The notes under the pieces: generated by a model
Database searches by the model: none
Told to the model about the DNA's origin: nothing
Seen by the model: only the letters and a program-made list of their open reading frames with translations
IMG/VR virus record: IMGVR_UViG_3300045988_131228
Span: 1-64,000 of that record
Length of the DNA stretch: 64,000 nt
Source: a virus
Direction: 5' to 3' (one strand)
Shown: in pieces, positions 62,539 through 64,000 of the stretch
Position numbering within the stretch: the first letter of the stretch is position 1
How the letters are laid out: each line of letters begins with the position of its first letter
Made by a program: the position numbers and the translations under genes

Positions 62539-64000
62539 ATGGGAGCGCAATTTCAAGTTGACGTAAATGTTGTTACTCATGGTGCAGAAAAAGTTAATGA
62601 GCTTGAACAAAAGTTAAGCAAAATGCAAAATAAATCTGTTGATATTAAATTCAATGTTCAAGGTCAAAATCAAATTAACAATATTATACAACAACTCCAA
62701 AATGTTCAGAGACAAGGAATAAACCTTAATCTCAATAATAACAATATGGCACGTTCTGCACAGAATGCAGCACGACAGTATGCGCAAAATTTTCAACGCC
62801 AGATAAATTCTTCAAAATTAAAATATAATATTGACACAGGAAAATATGCAGCCGCATCATCCAGAATGAGCAAACAATTAGGGGCATATGGAACTCAAGA
62901 TACTGCAAATATTCAAAAGGCTACAGCGGCTCTAGCTTCATATAATCAGGCTTTAGATAAACTTCAAAATCATTACAATGGATCTAATGTTTTAGGTAAA
63001 AAACAGTTACAACAAACTTTTCAAGATATAACTAAAGCAGGAGATACTTTTAAGAATACTTTGTCTCAAATTAGAGACGAATCGTCAAAAGCATTATCTC
63101 CGACAGTTGCTAGTGCATCTGGAAATAAAGTTGTTGAGTATATGAACGCTAACTCAAGGGCGGTTAAGAAATATGGCGCAAGTCTAAAAACACTTGAACA
63201 ACAATACCGCTCAATGACAACTATTGAAGAAAAGGCAAACTATGACAAGGTTTTTGCAAATTTAAAATCAAGAATTAGTGCAGAAGGACTATCAGGAAAT
63301 TCATGGTTTGGCGAATTAAAACGTGCCACAGGACAGATTGCGCAATTTGCTGGTGTATATGGTATGTTGCAAAATACTGTAATGCAAATACCATACAAAG
63401 CAATTACGGCAGTAAAAGATTATGATGCTGCTATGACTAATATGCAGATGGCAACAGGTATTTCAAATACCCAAGCGCAAGAACTGATGAATACTTATTC
63501 AGACATGGGTAAGCAATTAAAAGTTACTGGTGTCGATGTTGCTACTTCTGCTACAGAATGGATGAAACAAGGTAAAACAATTGAAGAATCAAACAAACTT
63601 GCACAAGATTCTATTGTTTTATCCAAGATTGGTAATTTGTCTTCCGATGATGCTACAAGAACCATTACCGCTGCTATGAAATCATATGATTTGAATGAGT
63701 CTCAAGTTATGGATTTTGTTGATCAGATTTCTGCAATTGATATGGCTTCTGCTACTGATGTTGGCGGTCTTGCAGATGCTTTTAATGAAGTTGCAGCCAA
63801 TGCCAATCAAGCAGGAATTAGTACAAAACAACTTCTCTCCTATGCTGCTGTAATTGGTGAAACAACTCAGGAGGGTATGTCTTCTGTTGGTACATCTCTT
63901 AATGCTATCTTTTCTCGTATGGGTAATATTAAACTTTCACGTTTAAAAGATTATCAAAATGGTGGAGAAGATTTATCTAATGTAGAAACTGTATTGAGAG
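62539..64000 (+). CDS. tail tape-measure protein (5' part; runs off the window)
   Basis: ORF open from the ATG at 62539 (after AAAGGAGAATAAATTACT) to the window end. TP901-type core AMTNMQMATGIS..AQELMN...ATSATEWMKQG...VGGLADAFNEVAANANQAGIS...VGTSLNAIFSRM. Confidence 0.8.
   Translation, partial: MGAQFQVDVNVVTHGAEKVNELEQKLSKMQNKSVDIKFNVQGQNQINNIIQQLQNVQRQGINLNLNNNNMARSAQNAARQYAQNFQRQINSSKLKYNIDTGKYAAASSRMSKQLGAYGTQDTANIQKATAALASYNQALDKLQNHYNGSNVLGKKQLQQTFQDITKAGDTFKNTLSQIRDESSKALSPTVASASGNKVVEYMNANSRAVKKYGASLKTLEQQYRSMTTIEEKANYDKVFANLKSRISAEGLSGNSWFGELKRATGQIAQFAGVYGMLQNTVMQIPYKAITAVKDYDAAMTNMQMATGISNTQAQELMNTYSDMGKQLKVTGVDVATSATEWMKQGKTIEESNKLAQDSIVLSKIGNLSSDDATRTITAAMKSYDLNESQVMDFVDQISAIDMASATDVGGLADAFNEVAANANQAGISTKQLLSYAAVIGETTQEGMSSVGTSLNAIFSRMGNIKLSRLKDYQNGGEDLSNVETVLR

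Overview
AT-rich (about 30% GC by eye) 64-kb stretch of a tailed dsDNA phage or prophage from a low-GC host, with strong GGAGG ribosome-binding sites and standard-code ORFs. Layout: (1) 1-15.65 kb holds about 45 tightly packed leftward (minus-strand) early genes. Most are orphans. They include a Zn-ribbon/AP2 protein and an Arc-like RHH plus antirepressor module with its own consensus promoter. (2) 15.65-20.0 kb holds a divergent control region with 14-bp palindromic operators, then a 2.6-kb ORF-free tract. That tract has a C-depleted block and a mirror-image G-depleted block around a centre with five 10-bp phased TTTTCTC repeats. (3) 20-42 kb holds rightward early/middle genes: AntA-like protein, GIY-YIG endonuclease, dCMP deaminase, a 956-aa protein with an ADFDSD motif (candidate YonO-like single-subunit RNA polymerase), two HU/IHF-like proteins, beta-CASP MBL nuclease, ClpP homologue, metallophosphoesterase, tyrosine integrase, a DUF262 moron and a Rep-like wHTH protein. 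A tRNA island here (tRNA-Met CAU, a degenerate tRNA-like element, tRNA-Ser UGA) surrounds a roughly 0.9-kb ORF-free hairpin-rich region. (4) 42.9-64 kb is the packaging and morphogenesis module: TerL, portal, scaffold, major capsid, tail genes and the 5' part of a tape-measure gene. It is interrupted by Zn-ribbon/PD-(D/E)XK and HNH homing-endonuclease-like genes, a RecU-like nuclease, a complete IscB plus upstream omega-RNA-like leader, and three leftward small hydrophobic-peptide loci resembling type I toxin-antitoxin modules. All functional calls rest on motifs read by eye from the translations. No database search was possible.
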